64,000 nucleotides of DNA. Origin: Cladosporium halotolerans. Its lineage: Eukaryota. Positions 35,561 through 49,928 of the stretch are shown here, piece by piece; within the stretch, counting starts at the first letter, position 1; each line of letters opens with the position of its first letter. A program made the translations under genes and the position numbers. The notes below the pieces were generated by a model. That model did not search any database. It was not told the origin of the DNA and was given only the letters and a program-made list of their open reading frames with translations. The stretch lies in assembly GCF_011745625.1 (NCBI RefSeq), contig NW_027191484.1, forward strand, positions 1 to 64,000. Direction: 5' to 3'.

Positions 35561-36412
35561 GGTGAAAGGGTGAGTGTGCCCTGGATGAGGTGTTAGCTCA
35601 ACGACTCTGATGATGACAATAGCAAAGAGACACAAGACGATCATTTATGTAGAGGTTATAGACCAATACATACGTCTTGTTAAGGTATCGCTGTGTCAAG
35701 TGGTTTGGAGTTGTGTGATGGAAAGCATCTGCGAGAGGAAGCGGCGCAAGTTTTATGCGCGCGCGGATGCCTGGGTCGCTCCTTCCACTTCACATGCGCG
35801 AAGGCGGCTGAAGCATCTGACTGTAAGCGGAGACTCAGATTGGTTGATGCGCCAATGAAACCATGCGCTTTGTGCGAAGACTTGACTGCCTTGCTTTAAA
35901 GGTCATTGCGAAGTGAATTCAACTGCCAGTGACAGTGGATTGGTGAATGCGCAAAGGGAAATGGAAGACTCGCAGCATTTGTATCGCAACCCTTTGACTT
36001 TCTCTTTGACCATTGCAGAAAGCAAGCGGTAATTTTCGTCGGTGAGCGGCAATCGAGTCGGAAACAATAGACTTGTTCGCCTAAAATCATACCAGCAAGC
36101 GTGGACAGGATTGTCTTAGTGAAATGCGACTATAGAAAATCAGTGTTCATCATTCACAATGATCTTAGGGTACTTTATAGGCCCACTTCGAGATTCGGCG
36201 AAAGGCGTCCGTGCCGCATAATTCCGGGACATCAAGCATGGTGGAAAGAGACAGTAGTGTTGAATTTGAAACAGATGAGACCAGCAAGGGTAGGGTATGC
36301 TAGAGTTTGATTGCACTTCCGTTGCGCCATGCACTAATACATATAGTCCGAACGCGTCGAACCAATCGCCGAACCAAACACCTTATTGCGCTCCATCAAT
36401 TGAGCCCCGCGC

Positions 36413-38837
36413 TTACTTAGCGAAGTGAAGGTCATAGTTGAGCCACTTCCTAGACTGGACCTCTGGCACGGTAAGACCAGGAGTGCCGTAAGTAAGCGGC
36501 GCAAAGAACCAAAAGCCCCAGACCAGCGCAGCAATAACGACACCAGAAGCAGCCCATGTAGCAAGGAGCGATTGGCCAGCAATCCTCTCCCTGATCGGCC
36601 TGCTGCGAGGTCCCTTGGTAATAACCTTTCCGCCTTCCTTGGGAAAGGTTGCGGCTTCTGAAGGCTCAATGTTGAAGATAAATTCGATCAAAGCGCCAGC
36701 AACTAGAGCACTAGCGAGATGAGCGGGAAGGTAGTGGTGGAGGAAGAGCTGACGGCCCATGATGAAGAAAGGAATATAGTGAGCGGCCCAGGTCAAGAAG
36801 AAGAAGCCTGTGCTGTTGTACAACCGAGAACGCGCGCCTGCACATTGTCAGTATCCTTGTTAGGCTGCGCTGAAAAAAGAGCTGACTTACGTTTGTCAAG
36901 CGCATCGACACCACGGCGAATGCTGACTTGGTCCGCCAAAATGATGCCGGAGAAAACTGCAAGGATCGAAGATGCAATCCACCAACCGATCGGGTTGCCA
37001 AGGAAATAGATTTGTTGCCTGGTCTCGTTCTCGGTCCAGAAACTGACGCCGCGCAGCAGGAAGGGCCACTGAATTGGGAAAGAAGAGTATGGATGGCTTG
37101 AAGTGAGAGCATTGTTGTGGAAGAACATGGCCCGCTGAAGTTCGAAGTACTTCTTCAGGAACGGCATACTCTGGACCTTGCGCTCTTCCTTCTTTAGACG
37201 GGGAGAGTCAGCCGGAAGGCCAGGGATTTCCTCAACGTACCAGATATTGCTGGACTGAACAATGTTCTTGTTGCCGTTGATTTCGGCTTGCTTGTAACCC
37301 CAATCCGGAAGAGGTGTTGTGTGGGTCCACATTGCAACCTTGGTGGGCCAGTGAACGAGCTTGAAGTGAGATGCCATGGTCTTGAATTGCTGGTTGGACT
37401 TGCCATTCTCGATCCTAATCTCAAAGAGAGTATCGTTGAAGCGATTGCCATTGGCGTCTTCGGCACCGACGGTCGTGAACTCCTGGTTCGTAGGATAGTA
37501 TGGCGAGGCGACATCGTGAGTAAGAAGCCAGCTATCAGTCACCAAGTGGCGGAAGCGAACCACATCTCCGTTCTTCACGGGATGACCAAGCCCTTCCACC
37601 TCTTTAGAAGGAACGATTTGCCACAGGTTGTTGGTGTCATTGTGGGGGTAGCCGGTGACCTGTTGGCCTTGAGAGGAGATTCGTCCGTCTTCGTAGCGCA
37701 GTGGGTACTTGTCCACATGCGAGTGGAGATAGACTTTGGTTTCCTTATGCTTCATGGCAATGTTGTCGAAGTAGTCGATTCCAACAGCCTGCTGAGTCAT
37801 GATGTTGTCGCTCAATGTTGCCTGGAATTCCGGAGTCATAAAGTCGTCACCCGGGCCAGATCGCGAGAGGATAGTGAAGTGGACCTGGAACCAGAAGAGA
37901 TACATCAAGAAGGGAACGACAATGAATCCGATAATACGAGCACCCAAATGCTTGCCGAATTCAGGAATGCTGAGAGCACCTTGCTTGCGATTGATGTCCA
38001 GCAAGTCCCAGAGATCGATGATGACAGGCACACCGATTGAGAAGAAGGTGAAGGCTCCGACATACTTGGTGCTAATGACGCAAGACATGCAAATACCAGT
38101 CAAGAGAAGCCACTTCCACCACTTGCGCCCAAAAGGAGCATGGCGAAGCTTGTAGAACCGGATGTAGCACAAGACGCTGAGCGCCATGAAGAGAACGAGC
38201 GTCGCATCGAGTAGGATCAGGCGAGTCTGTCCAATGTGCGCATTATCGAAAAGAACGATGGAGGATGCGACAATGCAAGCAGGGAGACTGTATCCGGATT
38301 CCCACATGATCCAGAAGACGGCGCTGACGGTCAAGGAACCCATCATTGCAGGCATCGATCGATATGCGACGTATGGGACCTTGTTGGTGATGTAAGAATC
38401 GCCAATGTTCTCGAACAAGAATGATCCATCGTATCCAACAAGCCAACCGGCAAACGCGAATAGGAGCTTGCCGAAGGGAGGGTGGACGTCGAAGAAGTAG
38501 GTGCGCTGAAGATAATAGGATGCAAACTGTTATGTTGGAATCAGATTTATTGCGCTAATATGCTTTGGATGCTCTCTGCTCTTACCTTGCCGAAGTGGAC
38601 CTCATCGAACACCACCTGGTTTGGATGGCTGATGCCCCAGAAGCGCGTGACGAAAGCCAGGATCGTGATCACGACCAATGCAAGCTTGTAGTCCCATTCC
38701 CTTTGCACCGTCTCTTGAGCATTGCCCTTGAACTGGTTGACCGCGTTGCTCGCAGCGTCCTGAGCTTTTGTTGAGTCTATGTCTGTAGCGCCGCGCTTTC
38801 CTCCTCCTCGTTGGCGGAGGCCATTGGGGGAGGACAT
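36413..38837 (-). CDS. PMT4: Dolichyl-phosphate-mannose-protein O-mannosyltransferase, PMT4 subfamily
   Basis: [27 protein letters not shown], MIR domains and GRQLFLHHYLPA; introns about 38528-38585 and 36838-36890. Confidence 0.95.
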
Positions 38838-40074
38838 GGTGGATCGGCCAGAGCTCAGAAGAGCTCAGTTAAAACGGTAAGAGGATTTGAAGGAGTGACT
38901 GGAAAGCGGTTCCCGGCCGCGAGTTAGTGAGAAGATCTGCCGTTTCGGGCACAAAAATCAAGCTTCTTCAGCGAAGAATAGTAGCTCTGTTCGAGATGAA
39001 CACCTGGGCTGTTTCGAGCTTACGCTGGCCCCTGTCGGCGCTCCATCGCGCCAAGCCCGACGTCACGCGACAACACGTGATCGCAAGCTCCTTGCGTTAG
39101 AGACTTATTCGATTGGGCATGTACATGTGATGCTTCCGCAATCTGAGTGTCCTTCAACACCTTGCTTGTGGCAGCGGTATCGGCCGCTTTGTCCATGTGA
39201 GGACCTCATCTGTCTGCCTTTTTGCCGGTTCAAAGACGACAGAACTTCGCGGAGAGTATTTCTCCTCTCCGTATCATGCCACTATTGGTACTTCGCGGGC
39301 ATTGCCCTTAGGCGAAGACGAGGGTTTCTGAAGGCAATCCCGGCTCGCACAACACAAAGTCATATGCATGTCCGCATGCCCGGAGTACGCTGCCAACAGG
39401 AATAAGTCCGTTCAGAAGGGTCCTCAACGTTTCACTTCAGCAGAGAAGCCACACTGTCAGATCATCCGCTCCATTCTCGTCATGCTGCTGCACCTGAGGA
39501 ATCGGTAGGTATAGGCGCCTGAGACTGCGCCAAGACAGTAGCGGAGATCTGGATGGACGACTCGTCCGGGTGCGAAGACTTGCCGGACTGGTCGGACTGG
39601 GTCTTCTGTACCATGGACTAGCTATGTCTTCTTGCCTCGGAGCACCGACCACGCCCTTGTGACCGATTCGAGACTCTTCCAGGACTGGTCGTCCGCGACG
39701 TACCGCGTCTAACCCCCCGCTCTGGTGGGAGACATCCCCGCGCTCACTGCACCACGCGTACCCCGCAAATACCAAATATGGTTATTTCCATGACTAGAGC
39801 CGCTGAACCGCACGTGTGGCGCAGAATGTCGACATATTGAAGGATCAACGGTAAGGTTGATTGGTTGATGTGATAATATTCCAGATACCCAAAGCTTCCG
39901 GCGGGGTACGCGTTCTGGCCTTGCGGTCGACCGGAATGGCGGGATTGTAGTTGCGGCAATGGCATATATCACCCTAAGACCGGAAAGCTCTTAGAAAGTC
40001 AGAGGGCAACAGGATTTACATCTCTTTTTCAAATTCACTGTGAATCAATTGATCGCACCAAACGTTGAGCAATA

Positions 40075-42084
40075 ATGGGTTCAAGGGGATCCTTGAGCCA
40101 GGAGCCGGAACCCGAGCGCATCCTGAAAACTGATCTCTGGCAGTACAGCAACAGGCGACGCACCGATGGAGTGTACGCTGATAACCTAGACCTCGATGTC
40201 CTCATCGTTGGCGCAGGTTTCGGTGGTGCATTCTCCTTGTATGAGATGCGCAAGGCTGGCCTGTCTGCCGCCATTTACGAAGCAGGCACCAGCTTTGGTG
40301 GCACCTGGCGGTGGAATGTGTATCCTGGTGCTCGCGTAGACAGCCCTGTGCCCATCTACGAGCTGAGTATCCCGGAGGTGTACAAAGACTGGCACTGGAC
40401 CACGAACTATCCCAACTGGGAGGAACTTCAGGCGTATTTCGATCACATGGACAAGGTCCTCAACCTTAGCAAGGATTGCTCTTTTGAGACCGTTGTCACA
40501 TCTGCTGAGTTTGATACCAACGAGGGCAAATGGAACGTTGGCACAGCAGACGGCCGCAAAGCGAAGGCGAGGTTCCTGATCGTTGCCGCGGGATTCGCTG
40601 CAAAGCGATACATCCCAGGTTTCCCCTCAATGGACAAATTCAAGGGTGTCATCCACCACTCTTCGTTCTGGCCAGCTGAAGGCGTTCCTTACGAGGGCAA
40701 GCGCGTTGCTGTCGTCGGCACTGGCGCAAGTGGTGTCCAGATGTATGTGATGATTGAGCCCACAGCCATGACGATGCTAATATGCTCGTAACAGGATTCA
40801 AGAAATGGGCCCAGTTGCCACCCACCTCGACGTCTACCAAAGAACACCAAACCTCGCGCTTCCGATGGGACGCCGCGAGCTTTCCAAGCAGGAGCAGGAT
40901 GCCCTCAAGCCCTTGTACCCAAAGATTCACAACCTTCGCGAGCTGTGCTTCGCCGGATTCGACTATGATCTTCTCGAACGGGATACTGTGCGTGACGAAA
41001 CCCAGATGGTTCATGAAACGGATGCTAATTATGCAATTAGTTCGAGGACACGCCAGAAGATCGCGAAGCCCATTTTGAGAAGCTCTGGAAGCAGGCTGGT
41101 TTTGGTCTGTGGCTCGGTGGCTACAAAGACTACCTCATCGACGCGAAGGCGAATCGTGAGGCATACGTAAGTGAAAGCCATGCTGCTCATCTGCAGCAGC
41201 AAGTGCGGATGGGCTGACACAGATGCAGAACTTCTGGCGCAAGAAGCAATCACCTCGTATCAAGGACAAGAGGAAGAACGAGATCCTCTTCCCGGAAGAG
41301 CCACCACATGCGTTCGGCATCAAGCGCCCTTGTCTCGAGCAGAACTACTACGAGGTTCTCAACCGCGACAACGTCGATGTCGTCAACATCAACCCCGATA
41401 CCAAGTACGGCACTCCGATCAAGGAGTTTACCGAGAAGGGCATCATCACACAGGACGGACAAGAGCGCGAATACGACATCATCGCACTGGCAACGGGCTT
41501 CGACGTCGTCACTGGCGGCATGTGCAACATGGGTCTCAAGAGCGTGAACGGCACATACCTGCAAGACGAGTGGAAGGATGGCGCAAACACCTACCTTGGT
41601 ACCACCATCTCCGGCTACCCCAACCTGTAAGCACTCGAGATGAACCGTGATAGCACCCGCAGAAAACACTAACACCATTGCAGGTTCCACCTGTACGGCC
41701 CGCACGGTCCAACGCTCCTCTCCAACGGTCCATCGTCCGTTGAGATCCAAGGACGCTGGATCAAGGACGCGATCAAGCTCATCAACAAGCAGGGTCTCAA
41801 GTACGTCAACCCGACGCAGGATGCGACCAAGGCATGGAAGAAGCGCATCAATGAGCTCGGCGACGCCACCTTGTTCCCGACCACCCGCAGCACATACATG
41901 GGTGGCACTGTCCCCGGCAAGAAGGTCGAAATGGTATGTTGCCAACCTTAGTACATCATTGCGTTGACTGAAAGCTAACTCTAATGTCTTGTAGACATGC
42001 TATGCTGGAGGCGTTGGAGCTTACAGCAAGGAAATCCGTGCGAAGCTAACGGGATGGGAGGGTTTCGACACTGTCAAGGCTTAA
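40075..42084 (+). CDS. Baeyer-Villiger monooxygenase (class B flavoprotein)
   Basis: GAGFGG, GGTWRWNVYPGARVD, fingerprint FKGVIHHSSFWP, GTGASG and ATGFD; five introns (about 40743-40793, 40988-41040, 41167-41228, 41627-41683, 41934-41995). Confidence 0.93.
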
Positions 42085-42468
42085 AATGGTCTTTGATTCA
42101 CTGAGCTTATGTGTGTTTCACGCTGTGATGATTCGACGAGATCTCTGAATTGAAGTCGGCTTTTGGAAGGTTGCCTATACCAGTGTTAGGATGCCAATGA
42201 AACGAATATTTACATTGTCTCTGTGCTCCAAGGCTCGACGAGGACAAGATCACGGGTCGGGTTCTTGAACGAAGAGAGCAAAATGAATCTGAGACTTCCC
42301 GCAACAATGGAAGGAAGGCATAGGGCTGTCGCTAAAGTGCCCTACAAAAGTACCGGACGCTGCTGATTGTTGTATTTGCTGAGAACACGCGGGCAAAGAG
42401 ATCATCATATGGACGCAGAATAGAGCAATCCGAAAACGGATGTATACAGGAAAACTTGATTAAAACAA

Positions 42469-43062
42469 TCAAGACTCCCACTCCCACACATGGCTCGGAG
42501 AGTCACAACTTACCCACATGATCCACGAGAAATCTTCAGGATCCCCATAGTTGGTCCCAAATGCCATCCCAATCATCTCAAACCCAAAGTCGCCCACGGA
42601 AGATTCGTAATCCTCACGAGCAACCTTCAAGGCCTCGGACGTCCTCTGAATCTGAGCGATAAGGACGTCGTTCTTCGCTTTGCATGCCTGCAGGGTGCGC
42701 TCGACCTCTTGCGGCGCCAATGAACCGCCAGCGAGACCCTTCCTCTTCTCATGGTTTTGAGCCTTGTCTTCATTGAGTTGACTCAGCGTCTTCTCCATCT
42801 TGACGATATCAGCCGGAGGGTTGTGACGAGCGGTGCACTTCGGACACTCACGCTGCAATGTCACTGAGGAGAACCCGGCTCTCGGATCAGGACAGCTATT
42901 CTTCAAAGTCTCCAAGTTGACTGGGTGAATGGTGCACCTCTGTAGACACACGTGGCCGCATCCCGCAAACTTGTATCGAGTGTTGGCACATACGCCTTGC
43001 TTCGGTGTCGGCAAGCTCGCGATGTCAGCAGCCTGGGAATGTGGCTCCATCGAATGGCTCAT
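42469..43062 (-). CDS. Hypothetical Cys-motif (C..CGH..C..CPKC) plus coiled-coil protein
   Basis: ORF with VCANTRYKFAGCGH and RECPKC followed by a helical region; both ends uncertain. Confidence 0.5.
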   Translation of the reverse strand: MSHSMEPHSQAADIASLPTPKQGVCANTRYKFAGCGHVCLQRCTIHPVNLETLKNSCPDPRAGFSSVTLQRECPKCTARHNPPADIVKMEKTLSQLNEDKAQNHEKRKGLAGGSLAPQEVERTLQACKAKNDVLIAQIQRTSEALKVAREDYESSVGDFGFEMIGMAFGTNYGDPEDFSWIMWVSCDSPSHVWEWES

Positions 43063-43446
43063 CCCAGTTCTGTCGATCCCAATGGAGAGTGCTGTTTTGG
43101 GTGAGGTTGATGTGTCAGCAGCAACCGAAAGATCGAGATTGAAGAGCTGGTAGAAACGTGGGAATCTATGCTGCGTGGATTTTTGGACCTCGGACAAAGG
43201 AATCGAGGTTTGATGACAATGGAATAGCTGCATACTAACGAGTGCTGCAAGAACAACGCCATGATCCTATCGATCCCGCTTGCCAACCCCATTGAACCCT
43301 TCAGACACAATTTCAGACACAGACATGGCTTGGGCGGTCTCAAGGCAAGTATCGAATCAAATTGGTTCAGTGAACAAATTAAGCCGCTCGAGCCCCAACA
43401 CTCAACCATCAATCAGAAACCAAAAAGACCAGACCCATCCGATCAC

Positions 43447-43930
43447 CTAAGGAAATCCAACATTCTGCGCCGCCCCCTCCACGTTTCCCCTCCAGTCCGC
43501 GCGATGCTTCGTCCACATCTCCGCCTGCGGCTTGTTTTCCTCCATCCAGCCCTTTGGCTCGTCCAAGCAGCCCAAAAGCACGATCTCGGAACCCTTGAAG
43601 TTGTCCGTGTCGGCAACCTTGCTCATCGCCGAGCCGCAGTTGCCGCAGAAGGTGGTCGTGATCGGGAAGCCGCCTTCGGGGTGGTTGACCGTGACTTGTT
43701 TGACGGGAGCCGACGGGTCGTACTTCATTGAGGAGGCGGGGAGGAAGAGTGCGGTTGAGTGCAGGGACGAGGTGGTCTTGCGGCAATGGATGCAGTGGCA
43801 GAGGCCCTGGGGTCAGTTAGTTCTGCGACAACAGGTTGTGGATTGGATGGGCCGTGTTTACGTAGAGGGTGGGCTCTGCGTCGAATGTGTAGGAGGATTG
43901 GCCGCACAGGCAGCTGCCTTTGCCGTGCAT
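43447..43930 (-). CDS. GFA / CENP-V / Mss4-like zinc protein
   Basis: GSCLCG; intron 43807-43861; LCHCIHCRK; FCGNCGS. Confidence 0.9.
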
Positions 43931-44519
43931 TGTGGCGATTGCGATGGACAGTTGGTGATTGATTAGATCGAGTATTCAATATTCGGTGATGCTGTCTCTC
44001 ATAACGAGACCTTCGGTCGAACGATCCATATCGACCGTTCCTTTATACGGCGTCCTGGTAAAGGCACCTGATCTCCACCCCACAGAAACCTAAATCCCAG
44101 CGTGGTTGTCGTGAGCAGTCAGCTGTAGTTCTAGAAGCGCCCTCATGGCGTTGGTCACCCCACGAAAGGCAGGGCCCGTGTCTCAAATGTCAGATATTGG
44201 TGAAGTCGCCAGATGCTCTGTATCTGCGCTCTGCGTGAGCTGTCAGCGTGGCTGGTGTCTTGAGGTCAAGCTTGCAGCTTGGGCTTTGCTTGGGTTGCTT
44301 CTAACAGCTGAACCTGCGGAGAGAGCCGTCACATCGCAAAATAGTATCGCAATGCCACGTCAAGAGCATGTGAAGAACGCCTGGTTTGTTCAATAAACAT
44401 TTCGATTCTCGATCCTGTGAGGTTTACTGTAATCTCTCTCTCGAGTCTATCACTCCAAAGCCGTGGGGTATCATGAGAATATTCCATCCTTCTTGCCATT
44501 CGCCGTTCCCAAATTTCCA

Positions 44520-47100
44520 TTACATTTGCCCACTGTGTGGCGGCGGCGCCGCCCTTCCAGACATGAGAGACGACGTCGGCGTACCAAAAGCACCCTCGGC
44601 TGGACGGAAGCCAGGGTTCGCATAGACGTCTTTTCCGTGGCCGCCCTCGGCCGAGTTAGGATGCCGATGCATTTGGCTTGTTTCGAATGGCTGCTGTGGC
44701 GCCGAGACTTCACTGTTCAGTGCGGGGAGATGTCTTGACATCAAGCTCTCATGTGAATGCGATCGATCGTTATCCTGAAGCTTCTCAGCCGAGAGAGGTG
44801 CGTCGATTGTGCTTGTGCTGGAGATGTTGGAGATGTTGCGGAAACCAGTCAGCTCCCGCTCACCTGAGTGACCGTTTGGCTGTCGCTGTTTAGCGACTTG
44901 CAAAGGCGAACCCGTGGAGATGCCATGGATCAGGGTCCTTGGGTTGGATGGAGGTGCTGCAAGTGCTGAGCTAGAGATATCCCCATCGCTCGCGAACGCA
45001 GCGGCTCGCTTCCCGGACACAGGTGTGGCAAATGGGCTGCCGGTACGTTGTCCTGGGCCTGTGAGGTTTCGCATGATATGTCTTGCACCGGCAGGTTGAT
45101 CGACCCAATCGGGTGTGTGAGTAAGGTTTGGTGTGCCGTGCGATGGCATAGCGGACTGTTGCGGTCGTGCCCAGGCGTTCTGTTCAAGGAACTGGTCATG
45201 TGCTTGTCGTTCGCTTGGGGCAGAGACAGCTGCGTTGTGAGCAGAAGGCGCGTACACCACTTGCTGCTGCGACTGATGCTGAGTGGGGGCCTCGTGGTGG
45301 TGGTGATGATGCTGATGTTGGTGTTGATGTGTCGACTGCACGGGCTGCTGTATCCGTCGTGGGATCTGTAAAACGGTCAATAGATGTTTGAACATGTAAC
45401 AGAACTTTACTCACGCGCATAGCTTTGAAGTCATCATCCAACTTCAAGCTCTCGACACCAGCGATATCCGGCGCAGCAGGGAAGCCAACGTATTTGGCGA
45501 CACCGCTGAGCACGCTGACTTCTTGGTTGTATTTGGCCTGTTGCTGCAGCTGGGCGCTTTTTCTGCTCGGGAGCTTGTACATAAAACGCTCATCGTCTTC
45601 CAGATGTTGCTGGCGGCGTTCTTTCTGGATGCCGTACCAGTCCTCGCCCAGCTCATAGAGCATGGTCTCTCGCAGCTCGCGAACAGTCTGGTAGTACTGC
45701 GAATGCAATTGCGCACGTTCACCAAGCGTGCGCTCTCGTATCGACTGCATGCGATACCGATAGAATGCATGCGCTTCCCGTACCTGCTTGGCTTTTCGAT
45801 CTTCGATGCATGAGACCTGCCTCAGGAACTCCGGATGCATGCAATCAGACTGATTGAGCAGTTGAAGCTCGTGTTCGACCGATGCCAAGCTCTCATTGGC
45901 AAGTCTTTGTCGGAAAGCCGCGAATTGTTTCGCAAGATCCTCGAAAGACGATGTGGCTTCTCCCTTTTCCTTGATTTCTTCCTCGCTCTTTGGCGCGGAT
46001 TCCACGCCCGGCTCTTCTTCCTCCATGTCCATTCCGAACTCGGCCACATCATCTTCATGCGTGTCCTCATGCTGTGCCTTGGGTTTCCGTCCTGGCTTCC
46101 GACCTCTCCTGCCTTTTGCTCCCTTGGCTGGGGCGACTTTAGAGTCCTCTTCTTCTACATCTTCAGCAGCCTGATTGTCCACGTCTTCTGGCGCTTCTCC
46201 AACGCCATTTGCTTCTGTGCTTTCTGCGACCTCGTCTTCAGCCGGGTTCGGTTGAGCACCGTGGCTCCTTTTTCGGGGCGACTCTTCAATGTCTGATTCT
46301 TCGCTGGTAAGTGGGCTGTCTTCGGCGTCTGAACGCTTGCGCTTTTGCCCTAAAGTTGTCGCATCAGTCTCGTGCACATAAGGTGTGGAATAAGATTGCA
46401 ACGCTGGGCCGGGAAAACCCTTACCGGCCGTGTCAACAGTGGACGTACTGGAAGCGGCGCCAGGGTCCGCAGGCAAGGGCGAAGGTGGCTCTGACAAGTC
46501 GTCTTCCACACCAGCAGCTTTGCTAAGTTTACTGGGTGTCCTGCCAACGTCGTCTGTGTGCTTTCGCAGCTTTTGCGGAGACTCCTCCAGTCTTTCAGTT
46601 TCGGCTTCAGAGTCTACCTCGAGCGACTTTTGCGCGGGCAACGGGACAGCGCCTTTCGCACCATTGGCCACATACGCCAGCCTCTCTTCCTCCTCATCAA
46701 TGTCCTCTGGCTCACTCAAGCTGCTTGAGCGATCGTCGGGCACGTCGCCAATTTCGGCGGGTGTGTTTTGTGCCTCGGCAAGTTGTTCTTCGAGTTCGCT
46801 ATCGCGCATGATAGCATCTCTTGTAGCGATCGGCGAGCCTTTGGCCGGCTTAGAAGCTGTGCTGAGGGGAGAGATGGATGGGCGGGGTGTCGGGGTTCTG
46901 GCAGGCGTCTGGTGGGTCGAGCGGAGCGGCGAAGTGGGTGCGCTGGGGTTGCCCTCGAGGTCTGTACATGCGCACGTCAGCTGATATCCTACGAGTTGAG
47001 TCCGTAGGAGCAATGGAGTGCACGTATGTGCGGGTTGTGGTCGGAGGGACTCACTACCGTGTAGCGACTCACTGCGACGCGCAGTGGCCGGCGTCGCCAT
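44520..47100 (-). CDS. DEP1: Sds3-like Rpd3L/Sin3 complex subunit (Dep1-like)
   Basis: Acidic N-terminus; LAKQFAAFRQRL..HPEF; YNQEVSVLSGVAKYVGFPAAPDI; introns 46962-47054, 46350-46424 and about 45367-45414. Confidence 0.82.
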
Positions 47101-47642
47101 CGCCGTCGGCGCTCTTTGTGTATGAGTGGGCACGTATGCAGATGTGTCTAGCGTGTTGCCGCTCCTGACTCCCGCCTCTTGACACGCAGGATATCAATGG
47201 GCGTGTGCGCCAGGCGCAGCTCGTGAGTACAGCCAAGGTGGGCGCGCGCTGGTTTTGCGGTATCGGTCGAGGAGGGCGGGCGGGACCGCGGTGCGAGGGC
47301 GAGTGTGATGCTCTGGGAGAGCCGCTGAAGCTCACACGCCGACTGCGACGTGGCTAAAGATACGAAGCGAGAACAGCAGGTGCAGGTGCGCGACGGAGGG
47401 GTGGGCGTGGTGTGGGCGGCGTGGTGGTCGGTCGGGTGCTGGAGTATTCAGCAGCGCAGCAGCAGTGCCCTCAACTCGTGCTTCGGCTTTGCTGCGTGAC
47501 GGCATCTCCTCCGCGCGACCTTCCTGATTCGCGCGTGGCTGGCCGAGCAGGGTTCGAGCTGGCCCGGCTTTCTGCCTTCAGCCGACAAAAAGTTCAGAAC
47601 CCATTGCCCGGTGCAGACGTGATATTGTCGCATACAGCAGCA

Positions 47643-49517
47643 ATGGCCGGAAAAAACGCAGACAAAAGTCCGAAGGTGGAGAAGAGTGTAAAAAAGGACA
47701 AGTCGGAGAAGAAGAGCAAAAAAGAGAAGAAGTCTCCGGGTGAGAAGCAGGACAAGGCTGCAAACGCCGCCGTCTCATTGCTTGCCGACAAAAAAGCTGT
47801 GAACCCAGCGCTGTCTTCCCTATTCGCAGCGCAGGTAAGTCTAAAGAGCTCTGTCTATGTATGACCAATGCGCTGACTGCCACAGCCTACACCGCCTGTC
47901 CGTCAAGAAATTGTGCCCGAGCCCGAGGAGGAAGCCGAGGACGATGACCCAGACGCCGAGCTAAGCGAGATCGACGAGGAATTTGACGATGAGGGCGATG
48001 CGGATATGAATGGCGATGCTGAGGATCTGGGCAAGACTATCGCCGTGGCCGAGCAGGAAGTCGACGAAGCACAGCAGTCAGACAAGAAGCGAAAGAGAAA
48101 GCGCAAAGATGCGGGCGATGAGATCGAGGATGTCTACATGCGCAAGCTTGAGAAAGAGGAGGCGAGAGATGCAGAGGCTGCTGCGAAAGAGCGTGCATCC
48201 AAGCGACAGAAGGGCGCCGCAGACGAAGAGCCTGTAGAGGAAAGCGACGACGATGACGACGGTGTGGATGTACGGATTGAGGCCGAGAGCGACGACGACG
48301 ATATGCCGGATGTAGATGACGAAGAGGAAAGCGACGATGCGACACCTGGAGACAAGGCTAAGGCACCATCTCCTCCACCTAAGCACGAGACACAAACCGC
48401 CGCCGAGAACGATATCACGAAAGCCAACCGCACAGTCTTCCTTGGAAACGTGTCAACCGCCGCGATCACCTCCAAGTCTGCTCGCAAAGTCTTCATAACA
48501 CATCTGACCTCTTTCTTTCCCGATGTGCAATCGAAGGATCCCAAGGCAAAGTTCAAACTCGAGTCTCTGCGCTTCCGCAGCACACCCTACGCCGCAGCCC
48601 TGCCCAAAAAGGCCGCCTATGCAAAGAAAGAACTCATGGACGCAACGACAAAATCCACAAATGCCTACGCCGTCTACAGCTCACCCATCCTCTCTCGCGA
48701 AGCCGCCCGCCGCCTGAACGCAACCAAGATCCTCGACCGCCACCTGCGCGTCGACGAAATCGCGCACCCGGCCAAGATCGACCACAAGCGGTGCGTCTTC
48801 ATCGGAAACCTGGGCTTCGTGGACGACGAATCGAACATCCAGGCTGCCAACGCCGCCGACGGTCGCGAGCAGCGCAAGCCCGGCAAGCAGCCCGCGGACC
48901 ACGAGGAGGGCCTTTGGCGCACAATGTCGCGCCACGGCGCCGTCGAGTCCGTCCGCGTCATCCGCGACAGCGTCACGCGTGTCGGCAAGGGCATCGCGTA
49001 CGTGCAGTTCGCCGACGAGAACAGCGTCGAGGCCGCCCTGCTCGACAACGAGAAGAAGTTCCCGCCTATGCTTCCGCGCAAGCTGCGCGTCTCGCGCGCC
49101 AAAGCTCAGAAGCGCAACGCGAAGCCAGGCTCTGGCCGTCCGGGCGCGAACGCCAAAGCCGCCGCCAGCGGCTACAAGCGTAAGATCACGGAGGAGGAGC
49201 TTGCGCAGATGGGCAGGCAGGGCAAGCTGTTGGGTAAGGCGGGCGCGGCGGCGATGGTCAAGAGCCAGCAGAGGCCGACTGGTGGAGCGCAGGGAGGCGA
49301 GAAATCTCACGCGCTGGCGGGTCTGAAGAGGCCCGAGGCATTTGTATTTGAGGGACACAGAGCGAGCAGCAAGCAAGGCAACCAAGGATTGAAGCTGGGC
49401 GGCAAGGGTGGCGGCAAGAAGAAGCAGCCGCAGCGACAAGGCAAGCCTACCGACCGAAGTGCGAAGAGAGGCGCGGCGTTTAAGGCTGGTGGAGGAAAGA
49501 AGGGTAAGAGCTCGTAA
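47643..49517 (+). CDS. NOP12: Nucleolar RRM protein Nop12
   Basis: Intron about 47835-47886; RTVFLGNV, ESLRFRS, NAYAVY, CVFIGNL, GKGIAYVQF, FVFEGHRA. Confidence 0.93.
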
Positions 49518-49928
49518 GGGCTGATTTTGTGTTTCTATATCGCTCGCCCGTCTTCCGATTCTCTATTACCCGAGTTCTGTATCATTTGAAACCAAAATAT
49601 TGATCCGCATGTGACCTCGAGTAATCGATCCTTCTATTTGCAAATAGTAGGGTTTTTGCCGAAACGCAATTAGAGAATGTAGAATAGCTCATGTTCTTGC
49701 GTATAGCAAGCTCAGTTGGCTGTTTGAAGGCAATACAGTAGAGATTACATCTATGTAGTTAAAAAGGTAAAAAGTCAAGGGAATAGTGGTGGTCTCGCGA
49801 AGGTCCTGTCTCCCATCGCTTCAAACCACATGCGTCTCGAAAAGCCATAATTCCTAGTTGGAAGTAGCAATGAATGCGCCTGAACTCCACGCTCAAATGC
49901 AGGTATCCCTCCCGATCTCCTGAAACCC

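Noticed and set aside
40075..43930. BVMO plus GFA as a secondary-metabolite cluster
   Set aside because: No PKS, NRPS or terpene synthase and no cluster TF; flanked by housekeeping genes.
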